Shown piece by piece: positions 1 through 7,376 of a DNA stretch of 32,000 nt; positions within the stretch are counted from its first letter, which is position 1, and every line of letters starts with the position of its first letter. The notes below the pieces were generated by a model, which did not search any database, had not been told where the DNA came from, and saw only the letters and a program-made list of their open reading frames with translations. Origin of the DNA: Sinorhizobium meliloti (GTDB taxonomy: Bacteria; Pseudomonadota; Alphaproteobacteria; Rhizobiales; Rhizobiaceae); assembly GCF_017876815.1 (NCBI RefSeq), contig NZ_JAGIOS010000003.1:1260001-1292000 (forward strand), written 5' to 3'. Made by a program: the position numbers and the translations under genes.

Positions 1-1
1 T

Positions 2-79
2 GTGGTCATTCAGAGTGAGATCGGCGGCGAACTCGTCCTGGAAACCCTCGCAAGCCTGAAGTACGGCAGTGCTGCGTGA
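2..79 (+). CDS. 3' end of an Xre-family/DUF2384-type antitoxin, partner of the RES toxin. The 5' part lies outside the window.
   Basis: The frame is open from the window edge and reads VVIQSEIGGELVLETLASLKYGSAA, then TGA at 77-79. The stop overlaps the GTG start of the RES gene (GTGA), which is the usual Xre-RES operon layout. Only 25 codons are visible. Confidence 0.45.
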   Translation: MVIQSEIGGELVLETLASLKYGSAA

Positions 80-558
80 GCGCCCAGATTCTTGATCGGA
101 CGCTGTCGGCGTTTCGAATAGGCGACCCGAAAGGGACCTATCCCATATTCGACGCAACCGGCTCAACCATAGCCCCGGGGCGCTGGAACACGCCGGCAGG
201 TCCGATCATCTACAGCAGCGAGCACTATTCAACGGCGGTGCTCGAAAAGCTGGTGCATGGCAGCGGCCGATTGCCGCCAAACCAGCACTACGTTGAAATC
301 ACAATACCGCGCGGCTTTACCTATGAGGTCTTTTCGCCGCCGGACATCCCAGGCTGGGATACGATGCCGCCAACAGTGAGCAGGGGATTTGGCGAGCAAT
401 GGTGTCTCGAAAGGAGGAGCGCAATCTTGCTGGTCCCCAGCGTTGTCGCCCGGCTCGACCAGATTATTTTGATAAATCCAGCTCATCATGAGTTCCCTGA
501 AATACAGGTCAGCCTGCATCAGCCGGTTTACTGGGATCGGCGCCTCTTCGGATCGTAA
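76..558 (+). CDS. RES-domain toxin of an Xre-RES type II toxin-antitoxin pair
   Basis: This is a 160-aa ORF. GRWNTPAGPIIYSSEHYSTAVLEKLVH carries the Arg and Glu of the RES signature, and AILLVPSVV carries the Ser, in the expected order. Its start overlaps the upstream stop. Confidence 0.85.
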   Translation: MSAQILDRTLSAFRIGDPKGTYPIFDATGSTIAPGRWNTPAGPIIYSSEHYSTAVLEKLVHGSGRLPPNQHYVEITIPRGFTYEVFSPPDIPGWDTMPPTVSRGFGEQWCLERRSAILLVPSVVARLDQIILINPAHHEFPEIQVSLHQPVYWDRRLFGS

Positions 559-668
559 CTGTGCGGGTCACCGCGCCTGCTCGGCTCAGATGATCATACT
601 GGCCGCTCTGCCCTGGTTACGGTCGGCGTCATCGTCTTTGTTCGCCACCTGCGTGGCAGGCTTTGCTT

Positions 669-1012
669 TTATCGTTTCCGCAGGAGGTCTAGCGCGATTT
701 TGCCACTCTCATTGATCAATTTCCCAATGAGGAATTCCAAGGAGGAGGGATCGTGGAAGTCAGCGCCAGTGACAGTGAGCTCGTTGCGGTGATGAGACAG
801 TATTTGTCGCCAAAGCCGAGCTGGAGAGCTTGAAAGCACAACTGGACGCGGCACGACAGAGCCGGCGAGGCGATCGCGTACTCCACGCTTCTCGTTAGAA
901 CGCTGAGCACGCCGCCGACCTGCAGCGCTCGCATCGCCTCAAGAGAGAGAGGGCGTCGCTGATGCAGCGTGCTGAAGTCTGGGGCAGGGCAGCATCGGGT
1001 GCTGACGAGCAC
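669..1012 (-). pseudogene. LysR-family regulator N-terminal (wHTH) remnant, frameshifted and truncated
   Basis: Two overlapping minus-strand ORFs lie at 716-1012 and 669-854. One reads LSLEAMRALQVGGVLSVLTRSVEYAIASPALSCRVQ and the other reads ARLWRQILSHHRNELTVTGADF. Joined, they resemble the LysR HTH consensus (..gS.t.AA..l..s.sAlS.qi..LE.rLG..Ll.R..R.l.lT.aG). No effector-binding domain follows. The similarity was judged by eye only. Confidence 0.3.
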
Positions 1013-1024
1013 GATAGATGGGAC

Positions 1025-1312
1025 GCGGAAGCGGAGTCGGAAGAATTGCGGTCGTTTGAGAAGCGGACCGATGCTCTCTTCCGTACTTAGTCACGCTTAG
1101 ACGATCAGCCGGGCCGCTCGTCCATTCTTCGCTCCGCGTTGTTGTAGTAGCTCGCCACTTGGGTCACCGATTTGTGCAGTGACTGCTGCCTCGCTTCCGG
1201 CAGGGAAACACCGCGGTTTGCCGCCTCCGTCAGATAACCGGATCTCAGGCCTTGTCCCGAAAACAGCGCCGGATCGAGGCCGCCTGTTTGCAGCGGGCTT
1301 TCAGGACCAGGT
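1025..1312 (-). pseudogene. Degenerate, truncated copy of the 3' end of the tyrosine recombinase gene plus about 70 bp of its downstream flank
   Basis: The segment aligns base for base with 4475-4766 in the same orientation. For example, TAGACGATCAGCCGGGCCGCTCGTCCATTCTT and GGGTCACCGATTTGTGCAG are shared. By eye about 85% of positions are identical. A 1-nt indel and stops break the frame, and only about the last 70 codons are present. Confidence 0.8.
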
Positions 1313-1339
1313 TGCGCCCTGCCGGATCATCTCGTCAGA

Positions 1340-1368
1340 TTGACAAACGTGCTACTGAGTAGCAAATT
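1340..1368 (+). promoter_or_regulatory. Candidate parDE promoter with an embedded palindromic operator
   Basis: TTGACA (1340-1345) is followed by a 17-nt spacer and CAAATT (1363-1368). The spacer contains the palindrome GCTACT-G-AGTAGC (1351-1363). An AAGGAG RBS lies at 1376-1381, 8 nt before the ATG at 1390. RHH antitoxins typically autoregulate through such palindromes. Confidence 0.4.
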
Positions 1369-1389
1369 AGGCTCAAAGGAGTTAAACCG

Positions 1390-1665
1390 ATGAGTGTCAA
1401 ATCGTCGATTTCGCTGACCGACCAGCAGGATGCGTTTGCCCGTTCGCTGGTGGAGAGCGGCCGGTATTCCAGCATGAGTTCCGTTCTTCAGCAGGGCCTA
1501 GAACTGCTTCGCCAAAAGACGGAAACTGAGACCGTCGAAACGGCAGCGCTTGGCGAATTGGTCCAGCGGCGATTGAACGGACCAATGATTTCTGCGACGG
1601 AAATGGAAAGCCGCGTCGCGGCAATGATTGAGCGGAAGCGACGGGTTGTTCGTGTGGACTCTTGA
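1390..1665 (+). CDS. parD: ParD-family (ribbon-helix-helix) type II antitoxin
   Basis: This is a 91-aa ORF with a strong RBS. The N-terminus SISLTDQQDAFARSLVESGRYSSMSSVLQQGLELLRQK is typical of ParD/COG3609 antitoxins. Its 3' end overlaps the start of the ParE-like gene. Confidence 0.8.
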   Translation: MSVKSSISLTDQQDAFARSLVESGRYSSMSSVLQQGLELLRQKTETETVETAALGELVQRRLNGPMISATEMESRVAAMIERKRRVVRVDS

Positions 1666-1996
1666 ATATTCTGAGGATGCCGAACGCGATTTCGAGTTGA
1701 TCTTCGATCATCTGTTTGACGCCTATGTCGAACTCGGGGACTCGCCTGACGAGGCTGTGGAGCGCACAGCTGAACGGATCCGCAAATTGCGTGTCGAAAT
1801 CGATCGTCTAGTCGATACGCCCTATATCGGGACTCTGCGGCCTGATATTCATTCCGGAATCCGGTTTCTTCGGCGGGACAAGGCGGCTATTTGGTTTCTA
1901 CGGGCAGAACATAGCCGCACAATCATTGTCGCGGCAATTTTCTACGGCGCGCAGGACCACATCAGAAATATGCTCGCACGTATGCTTGCGGGATAA
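1652..1996 (+). CDS. parE: ParE/RelE-family type II toxin
   Basis: The ORF frame spans 1628-1996. The likely start is the GTG at 1652, overlapping the parD stop, though TTG at 1628 or 1646 are alternatives. It reads WTLEYSEDAERDFELIFDHL ... TPYIGTLRPDIHSGIRFLRRDKAAIWF ... IIVAAIFYGAQD, which fits the ParE fold pattern. Confidence 0.8.
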   Translation: MWTLEYSEDAERDFELIFDHLFDAYVELGDSPDEAVERTAERIRKLRVEIDRLVDTPYIGTLRPDIHSGIRFLRRDKAAIWFLRAEHSRTIIVAAIFYGAQDHIRNMLARMLAG

Positions 1997-2324
1997 GGTC
2001 CCTACAGCCCCGAGGCCGTCGTCAGATTGACCCTAAATCGGTCGCGTCGGCGCTGCGATTTGCGGGTCATGGCCGAGCTGCTTTTGCACATTTCTCTCCG
2101 CCTTTGGCATGGAGACGCTGCGCGACTTGCCCGACCTCGAATGGTTGGAGGAAGCGGTACTGCTCAGCTCGGCCGGCAGGCGCTCGTAGAGGAGGAGTTC
2201 GCGGAGGCAGGTTCGGATGGTGACGACCAGGGCTAGCCCAACCTCATCTGGTTGCGGCGAACCGGCCAAGTGCACTCCGCTTCCCGCAGAGGGCGGCTAC
2301 TCGATCATATAGCCCAGCGCCCGA

Positions 2325-2669
2325 TCACCCGCGCGTCGCTTCGCAGCCATGCGGGCCAGAACCGGAATGGTGTTGCGACATAATCAACGACCACGACGTC
2401 TTTCTGTCATCGTGCTGGCGATGCAGACGGCCGATATACTGTGCCAGGGTCCGCTTCCAGGCGATCGGCATCGTCAAGAACAACATGTCGAGCCGGGCAT
2501 CATCGAAGCCTTCGCCGATATAGCGGCCCGTCGCAAGGATCAGGCGCTCAGCGTCGTCAGGGACATTCAAGCCGCACTGGCTTGCTTGCGGTCTTTTGCG
2601 GACATGCCGCCGCGCAGCACTACGAGATTTCTCACCAACTTTGATGCCTGGCCCGGGCGACCATTCCAT
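2325..2669 (-). pseudogene. Remnant of the C-terminal domain of a superfamily-2 (DEAD/DEAH-type) helicase
   Basis: The ORF reads ...RLILATGRYIGEGFDDARLDMLFLTMPIAWKRTLAQYIGRLHRQHD. This matches helicase motifs V and VI (QxxGRxxR) in isolation. No upstream ATPase core is present and the flanks are non-homologous. Confidence 0.55.
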
Positions 2670-2870
2670 TTTCGTTCGCCTACCCGCCTATAGCGGCATC
2701 GAGTCTAACGGCGAGTGAACCACACAAATTGAGGAAGACCCCAATCAAATGCCAAACGACACCCGGATGCCCGCCCGGTGTCGGGGCACCTCAAGCGTCC
2801 GTTGTTAGACCAGACGATACCTTGTAGGTTGGAACGACACCCTGGAGATTGGAACGTGGCGCTCAAGCGG

Positions 2871-3292
2871 ATGGACAACGTCGGAATCGTCGTCGAAGAC
2901 CTCGAAGGAACGATTGAGTTCTTTCGCGAACTCGGCCTCGAGCTCGAAGGAAAGGCCACGATCGGAGGAGAATGGGCCGGACGTGTCACTGGGCTGGGCG
3001 ATCAGCATGTCGAGATTGCGATGATGCGCACGCCTGATGGACACAGCCGGCTTGAGCTCTCACGCTTCCTCACGCCACCTATCGTCGCAGATCACCGGAA
3101 CGCCCCGGTCAATTCCCTGGGCTACCTGCGCGTCATGTTCACCGTAGACGACATCAGCGAGACGCTGGAGAGGCTCGCACCCGCGGCGCGCAGTTCGTAG
3201 GCGAAGTCGTCGACTATGAAGACGTATATCGGCTTTGCTACATCCGTGGCCCTGGAGGACTTCTCATCGGACTCGCCCAGGAACTCGGCTGA
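2871..3292 (+). pseudogene. VOC (glyoxalase/bleomycin-resistance/dioxygenase) family gene with a frameshift near 3178-3190
   Basis: The frame from ATG 2871 reads MDNVGIVVEDLEGTIEFFRELGLELEGK...GYLRVMFTVDDISETLERLAPA, then stops at 3198-3200. The -1 frame continues with GAQFVGEVVDYEDVYRLCYIRGPGGLLIGLAQELG and stops at 3290-3292, a typical VOC C-terminus. The shift lies in the GC-rich run CCCGCGGCGCGC. Confidence 0.7.
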
Positions 3293-3446
3293 GCGCGATG
3301 TTAAGACAAATAGCGAAGGGTGACCCAATGTCAGCGAGCGCGTCCGGGACCCAGTTTACTCAACTTTGGTCCGCGATGGTCGCTCTGAGTGGCCGACGTG
3401 GCTGCACGGGATGAAGGTTCGTAGTGGCAGCTGGACAGGAGCAGGA

Positions 3447-4054
3447 TCATGAAGGACGAGCGTCTCTCGGTACAGAAGTCTCGTCATGATGGTTTCGGCG
3501 AACCTGCGGGTTCATCTGGCGAGCAACTTTCAGCGCGGCTTCGCATTTATCCTGGAAGGCCTTTAAGACCTCATCGAGGTATTCCAAGCCGTGAGTTTTC
3601 ATGACGCAAGCGATGTCGAACATGTCGCGGGCTGCATCGCGCGCCGCGGTGTAAACCTTCTTTGCCATGATCTCGCCGGGGGTCTCGAGCAGAACCTGTC
3701 GGCCGCGCACCTCCGCTCTCACGGCCGGGTTGCCGGCAGGCTGCGGGCACAAGTCGATCTCGCCAACATTCTCGAAAACAATCTTCAATGTCCGCGATCC
3801 ATCGGACTCATAGCCGTCAGGGTTGATGTCGAGAGCGTATCCCTGTGTCTTCGGATTCAGATATGGCAGAAGTTGCGGATCATCTAGGAAAATGTCGACG
3901 TCGAAACTCTCATGGTGATGGATCTGGAGCATCGGGCCGTACCGCCCCCAAAAGTCCAACCGTCGATCATAGTAAGTTCGGAGTTTGCTTGTTCGATGAT
4001 GCGGCAAGCCTGTTCAAACAGGTCGCTCCATCTGCTGACCGGGTTTTCGACCAA
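3447..4054 (-). pseudogene. AbiEii/DUF1814-like nucleotidyltransferase (type IV TA toxin family), frameshifted
   Basis: One frame reads (TTG 4054) VENPVSRWSDLFEQACRIIEQANSELTMIDGWTFGGGTA. The 186-aa ORF frame then continues LMLQIHHHESFDVDIFLDD...LLETPGEIMAKKVYTAARDAARDMFDIACV. Together these give the GGGTAL...(S/H)xDxD nucleotidyltransferase motif and the C-terminal RD..D motif of this family. One added base near 3934-3936 fuses the frames. Confidence 0.55.
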
Positions 4055-4324
4055 CTACGCCGCCCGCGCCAAAGGGAGGGGGTATCCGGCAAGTACGGAG
4101 AACTTCCGTCCCAGATCGGAGGCGGCCGTCGGATCAACGTGCATTTCGTCCAGGAACGAGATCTGAAGACTCTCGTCGGCCTCGGAAAAGAAGGAAAATG
4201 CTGAACGATCGAAAGAGACTGCGCCGGCAGGATCGGAAATCTTCGACGCCAGCTGCTCAGCCGAAAGGGTTGTCCCATAAGCGGCGTTGACAGTGGACAG
4301 AACCTTTACTGCAACGATCGACAT
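4055..4324 (-). CDS. Small hypothetical protein directly upstream of the nucleotidyltransferase remnant, possibly its cognate partner
   Basis: An AGGAAG RBS precedes the ATG at 4324, giving 89 codons (MSIVAVKVLSTVNAAYGTTLSAEQLASKISD...). Its stop abuts the TTG of the downstream nucleotidyltransferase frame. I recognise no family. Confidence 0.4.
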   Translation of the reverse strand: MSIVAVKVLSTVNAAYGTTLSAEQLASKISDPAGAVSFDRSAFSFFSEADESLQISFLDEMHVDPTAASDLGRKFSVLAGYPLPLARAA

Positions 4325-4474
4325 CTTCCTGAAACATAGAACACCTGGAATTCTACACATACCGCGGCGATGTCTGCGAAACAAGGATCGCAGGCGAAGA
4401 GGTAGACTCCGCCGAACTTGAGTTCTGCCGGGGCCGCACGCGACGGCCGCAGGCTTTCCGGATGGTTTTTGTTT

Positions 4475-4766
4475 CGGCGAAGCGGAGCCGGAAGAATAGG
4501 GGTCGTTTGAGAACCGAGCCGATGCTCTCTTCGGGGCGTAGTTACGCCTAGACGATCAGCCGGGCCGCTCGTCCATTCTTTCGCTCCGCATTGTTGTAAT
4601 AGCTGGCCGCCTGGGTCACCGATTTGTGCAGCGACTGCTGCATCGCCTCTGGAAGAGGGATGCCGCGGTTTGCAGCCTCGGTCAGATAGCCGGACCTCAG
4701 CCCATGGGCCGAAAACAGCGCCGGATCAAGGCCGGCCTGTTCACAGCGTGCTTTCAGGACCAGATT
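4475..4766. repeat. Second member of a direct repeat pair with 1025-1312, covering the recombinase 3' end and its downstream flank
   Basis: See 1025-1312. The two copies have the same orientation and about 85% identity by eye. The repeat extends about 70 bp past the recombinase stop codon. Confidence 0.8.
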
Positions 4767-5705
4767 GACAGACTGCGGCGTCAGCGCCCGTCGGTCGATG
4801 TTGCCCCACTGATCGATGCGCCGGAACACCGGGCCGTCCTTGATTTGCGCGTCGGACAGCCATCGCTTCAACACGGTCACCGGCCGGCCGATCAACAGCA
4901 CATGTTCGTTCTCATCGGCGGTCGTCGTCTTGGTGCGGCCGAGGCGGATCGACAGGCAGGGCAGGGGAGGGGAGTTTTCGTCGGCGGGATTGGCGCGCAC
5001 CGGCTCCTCGTCGGCGAGATCCTCGACGCGCAGCGCCGCCACTTCCGAACGGCGCCGGCCGCCGGAAGCGAAGGCGGCTAAAAGCAGTGCCCGGTCGCGT
5101 GCATCCACAAGTCTATCACCGGCGCAGGCCTCAAGCAGTTTCGTCAGGATATCGAGGGTTACCGCCTTCTTGCTCTTGCGCTGGCGCGGGCGGTTGCTCG
5201 CCTTGACCGCCAGCCTCACTGCGCTCTTCAGCGACGGTGCACCGAAGGCGCCGGTGAAACCGCGCCAACGGGTGAGGATCGACCAGGAGGTCAGCCGCCG
5301 CCGCACCGTGCCCGGCGCGTGTGGCCCGTCGGCCCTGAGCAGGCGCTCGGCGCGCAATCCGACCTCGACATCCGCTGGCATGCCATGGCTCGAATCCTCG
5401 GCGCGCTTGACCGGATCCCAGAGGTGATGGGCGACGAACTTCAGGAGCAGTGCTTCCGGCGCCGGCCAGGGGAGGGGGTCACCGGTGGCGAGGCGGCACC
5501 AGGCCTCGAGGTAACCGAGGTCGGAGGCCAGCGCGCGTAGCGTATTCTCGCCCATGCCCTCCTGCGCCAGGTGTTTGAGTGTGGCGACGTCGTCGTCAGT
5601 CAGCAGCGCGGCGAGCTGGTCGCGGCGGTCGAAGGGCAGGATGGCGTCGAGCGCGTCGAGTTCTTCGGCGCGGCTGGCAATGGGTGTCGATGGCACGATC
5701 GTCAT
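4548..5705 (-). CDS. Tyrosine site-specific recombinase/integrase
   Basis: This is a 385-aa ORF. The catalytic-domain landmarks appear in order: ASGGRRRSEVAAL (Arg), HGLRSGYLTEA (His-x-x-Arg), and LHKSVTQAASYYNN (His...Tyr nucleophile). Confidence 0.9.
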   Translation of the reverse strand: MTIVPSTPIASRAEELDALDAILPFDRRDQLAALLTDDDVATLKHLAQEGMGENTLRALASDLGYLEAWCRLATGDPLPWPAPEALLLKFVAHHLWDPVKRAEDSSHGMPADVEVGLRAERLLRADGPHAPGTVRRRLTSWSILTRWRGFTGAFGAPSLKSAVRLAVKASNRPRQRKSKKAVTLDILTKLLEACAGDRLVDARDRALLLAAFASGGRRRSEVAALRVEDLADEEPVRANPADENSPPLPCLSIRLGRTKTTTADENEHVLLIGRPVTVLKRWLSDAQIKDGPVFRRIDQWGNIDRRALTPQSVNLVLKARCEQAGLDPALFSAHGLRSGYLTEAANRGIPLPEAMQQSLHKSVTQAASYYNNAERKNGRAARLIV

Positions 5706-6040
5706 CGCGGCAGCCTGTCTTCGTCATAGAGATCATCGTGCGCCGACGTCATATCATGTTCCCGCCTCGGCTTTCCTTCCGCAGCGAGCATCCAAACCGC
5801 GTCGACCGAAGAGACTTTTCCATCCTCAACCAGTTTGCTGCCCGGGCGGTGGGCCGTGTCAGGAAGAGTCCCTGCGATTTCATCTGAGGGGGAATCATCC
5901 CCTCCCGAAAAGAAGCTGAGCTGAGCGATAGGCCATCCGGCCCGGCACACATAGACTTCGTCCTGCCGGCACGCCAAATCGATCAGCTCTTCCAGCCGTT
6001 CTGCCGCCTCCTCGACGTCTATGAATATCTTCATCGGCAT
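5702..6040 (-). CDS. Phd/YefM-like antitoxin-domain protein with no adjacent cognate toxin
   Basis: It reads MPMKIFIDVEEAAERLEELIDLACRQDEVYVCRAGWPIAQL, a Phd/YefM-type N-terminus, and has a C-terminal ...HDDLYDEDRLPR tail. The start follows the vapC stop directly. The stop overlaps the recombinase start (ATGA at 5702-5705). Confidence 0.6.
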   Translation of the reverse strand: MPMKIFIDVEEAAERLEELIDLACRQDEVYVCRAGWPIAQLSFFSGGDDSPSDEIAGTLPDTAHRPGSKLVEDGKVSSVDAVWMLAAEGKPRREHDMTSAHDDLYDEDRLPR

Positions 6041-6042
6041 CG

Positions 6043-6420
6043 CTACCAAACCCGTTCATGCAGCACCGCATCGAAGGCGCCGTCGACTGAAACAAGGGCG
6101 CAATGTTCGAGCCGCGCCTGTGCGGCGAGTATGCGGTCCCACGGATCGCGGTGATCCCATTCGAAAGCGGCCGCCAGTTCGGCATGCAAATCGGTGATGG
6201 CAAGGGTCTGCAAACCGCTAGCCGAGACTGCGGCACGCAACTCCTGTGGTTTGAGATCAAGCTTTTTCAGCCGCATCTTGTTGTCCAGCTCGTAGAAGGA
6301 GACAGCGCTGACAAGGATGGTGTTTGCCTTGTCCTCAATCAGCGATCGTGCCGTTAAGGAAAGGCGGTCACTGCCGATTGTCCACCAGTAGACCGCGTGG
6401 CTGTCGAGCAGCACCTTCAT
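6043..6420 (-). CDS. vapC: PIN-domain ribonuclease toxin (VapC family)
   Basis: The 125-aa ORF starts MKVLLDSHAVYWW (first PIN Asp) and contains ...VSAVSFYELDNK..., ...AITDLHAE... and ...HRDPWDRILAAQA.... This is the typical VapC acidic-residue pattern. Its start overlaps the antitoxin stop (ATGA). Confidence 0.85.
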   Translation of the reverse strand: MKVLLDSHAVYWWTIGSDRLSLTARSLIEDKANTILVSAVSFYELDNKMRLKKLDLKPQELRAAVSASGLQTLAITDLHAELAAAFEWDHRDPWDRILAAQARLEHCALVSVDGAFDAVLHERVW

Positions 6421-6707
6421 TTGGAGGTCTCGCGGCCGTCGGGTCCGCCCCGCCAGATGCCGACATCGTCATTCCAGTCGCCGGCGTCGATTGCAGCCTG
6501 CTCAGCGTCGACCTCGTCGAACAGGTCATCAGGCAGACCGCGCTGGCGAAGGAGGCCGAAGGGGCGTTTTCCGCCATCGGCCGGCCCGATGCGTGCATAG
6601 ACTTCGTTGCCGCGCATAATCGTGATTTCCTCGCCCTGGTTGGCGCGTTCGAGCACCTCGGCGAAATGCTTGCGGGCTTCACTGATCTTGTACGTGGTCT
6701 GGGGCAT
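6417..6707 (-). CDS. Phd/YefM-type antitoxin paired with VapC
   Basis: The 96-aa ORF reads MPQTTYKISEARKHFAEVLERANQGEEITIMRGNEVYARI, a Phd/YefM N-terminal fold motif. A GGAGG RBS lies 7 nt upstream. There is a 4-bp overlap with vapC. Confidence 0.8.
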   Translation of the reverse strand: MPQTTYKISEARKHFAEVLERANQGEEITIMRGNEVYARIGPADGGKRPFGLLRQRGLPDDLFDEVDAEQAAIDAGDWNDDVGIWRGGPDGRETSK

Positions 6708-6782
6708 CAGGGCCTCCGTCGTTCGACGCGTATGGCCACCATATCAATGGTTTGAGAAGCGTACAACCACGATGTACATCGC

Positions 6783-6809
6783 ACTATCGATACTTGAATA
6801 CTATCGATA
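6783..6809. promoter_or_regulatory. Candidate operator upstream of the Phd/VapC operon: two copies of ACTATCGATA
   Basis: ACTATCGATA occurs at 6783-6792 and 6800-6809, 17 bp apart centre to centre. Each copy contains the palindrome TATCGATA. A nearby palindrome, GTACA-N7-TGTAC, lies at about 6761-6777. On the minus strand, TTGTAC-17 nt-TATGGT could act as a promoter. Confidence 0.35.
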
Positions 6810-6911
6810 ATGAGCGGGTGCGGAAATGACCGTCTGACTGGCGGAACTATACCTCATACTGCCTTCTGTTTAGGGAATTCTATAGGTTAATTCATATAGT
6901 TAATGTATTGC

Positions 6912-6935
6912 AAAAAGCGCGCCACTAGCGCGTTT
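6912..6935 (-). terminator. Rho-independent-like terminator reading on the minus strand, directly outside the IS66-like left end
   Basis: On the minus strand the sequence is AAACGCGC-TAGTG-GCGCGCTTTTT. The GC-rich stem is CGCGC/GCGCG, extended by A-U and G-U pairs, with a 5-nt loop and a following T5 run. Confidence 0.4.
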
Positions 6936-7055
6936 GCTGGGTACGTGGGGCAAATCGGGTGGCGGGCCGGATGGGAGGATCTTGTGGGTTGTTTGTGCAG
7001 CGCGATTGCGTTGGCGCACGTTCGGGGCGACCATCGTCAGGAACGGAGGCCCAGG

Positions 7056-7375
7056 ATGCACGGGATCAACCTTGACGGCTTGAGTGAAGCAGAGCTGATC
7101 GAATTGCACGATGCGGTCGCCGATCGGCTCCACTTTCTGCATCAGCAGAAGACGGCGCATGCCTTGCTTGAACTGGCGATCGGCGAGCGCGTGGTGTTCG
7201 AAGACAATTACGGCCAGACGCAGCTGGAATCGTCATCCGCCGAAACCGCAAAACGGTGACGGTGCACGGCGACAATGGTCGGCAATGGAATGTCTCACCG
7301 CAGTTGCTGCGAAAGGAAAAGCGAACTGATGAAGGCCAGAGCGGCAAGCTGGTGCCGTTTTCGAGAAAGGCTTGA
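7056..7375 (+). pseudogene. Small conserved-looking hypothetical gene inside the IS66-like element, frameshifted near 7215-7227
   Basis: A GGAGG RBS precedes the ATG at 7056. The frame reads MHGINLDGLSEAELIELHDAVADRLHFLHQQKTAHALLELAIGERVVFEDNYGQTQ. The -1 frame continues GIVIRRNRKTVTVHGDNGRQWNVSPQLLRKEKRTDEGQSGKLVPFSRKA, with a stop at 7373-7375. It runs opposite to the transposase. Confidence 0.5.
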
Positions 7376-7376
7376 T

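Noticed and set aside
2085-2189. A short frame reading CTFLSAFGMETLRDLPDLEWLEEAVLL, which resembles the C-terminal T..FL..FGL..L.DLP motif of ScpB-like proteins
   Set aside because: Only about 30 residues match, with no start, no upstream similarity, and an immediate stop. This is too little to call a gene or even a confident remnant.
4626-5427. Plus-strand ORFs of 151 aa and 203 aa opposite the recombinase gene
   Set aside because: These are Arg/Ser-rich antisense artefacts within a gene that shows clear tyrosine-recombinase motifs on the other strand.
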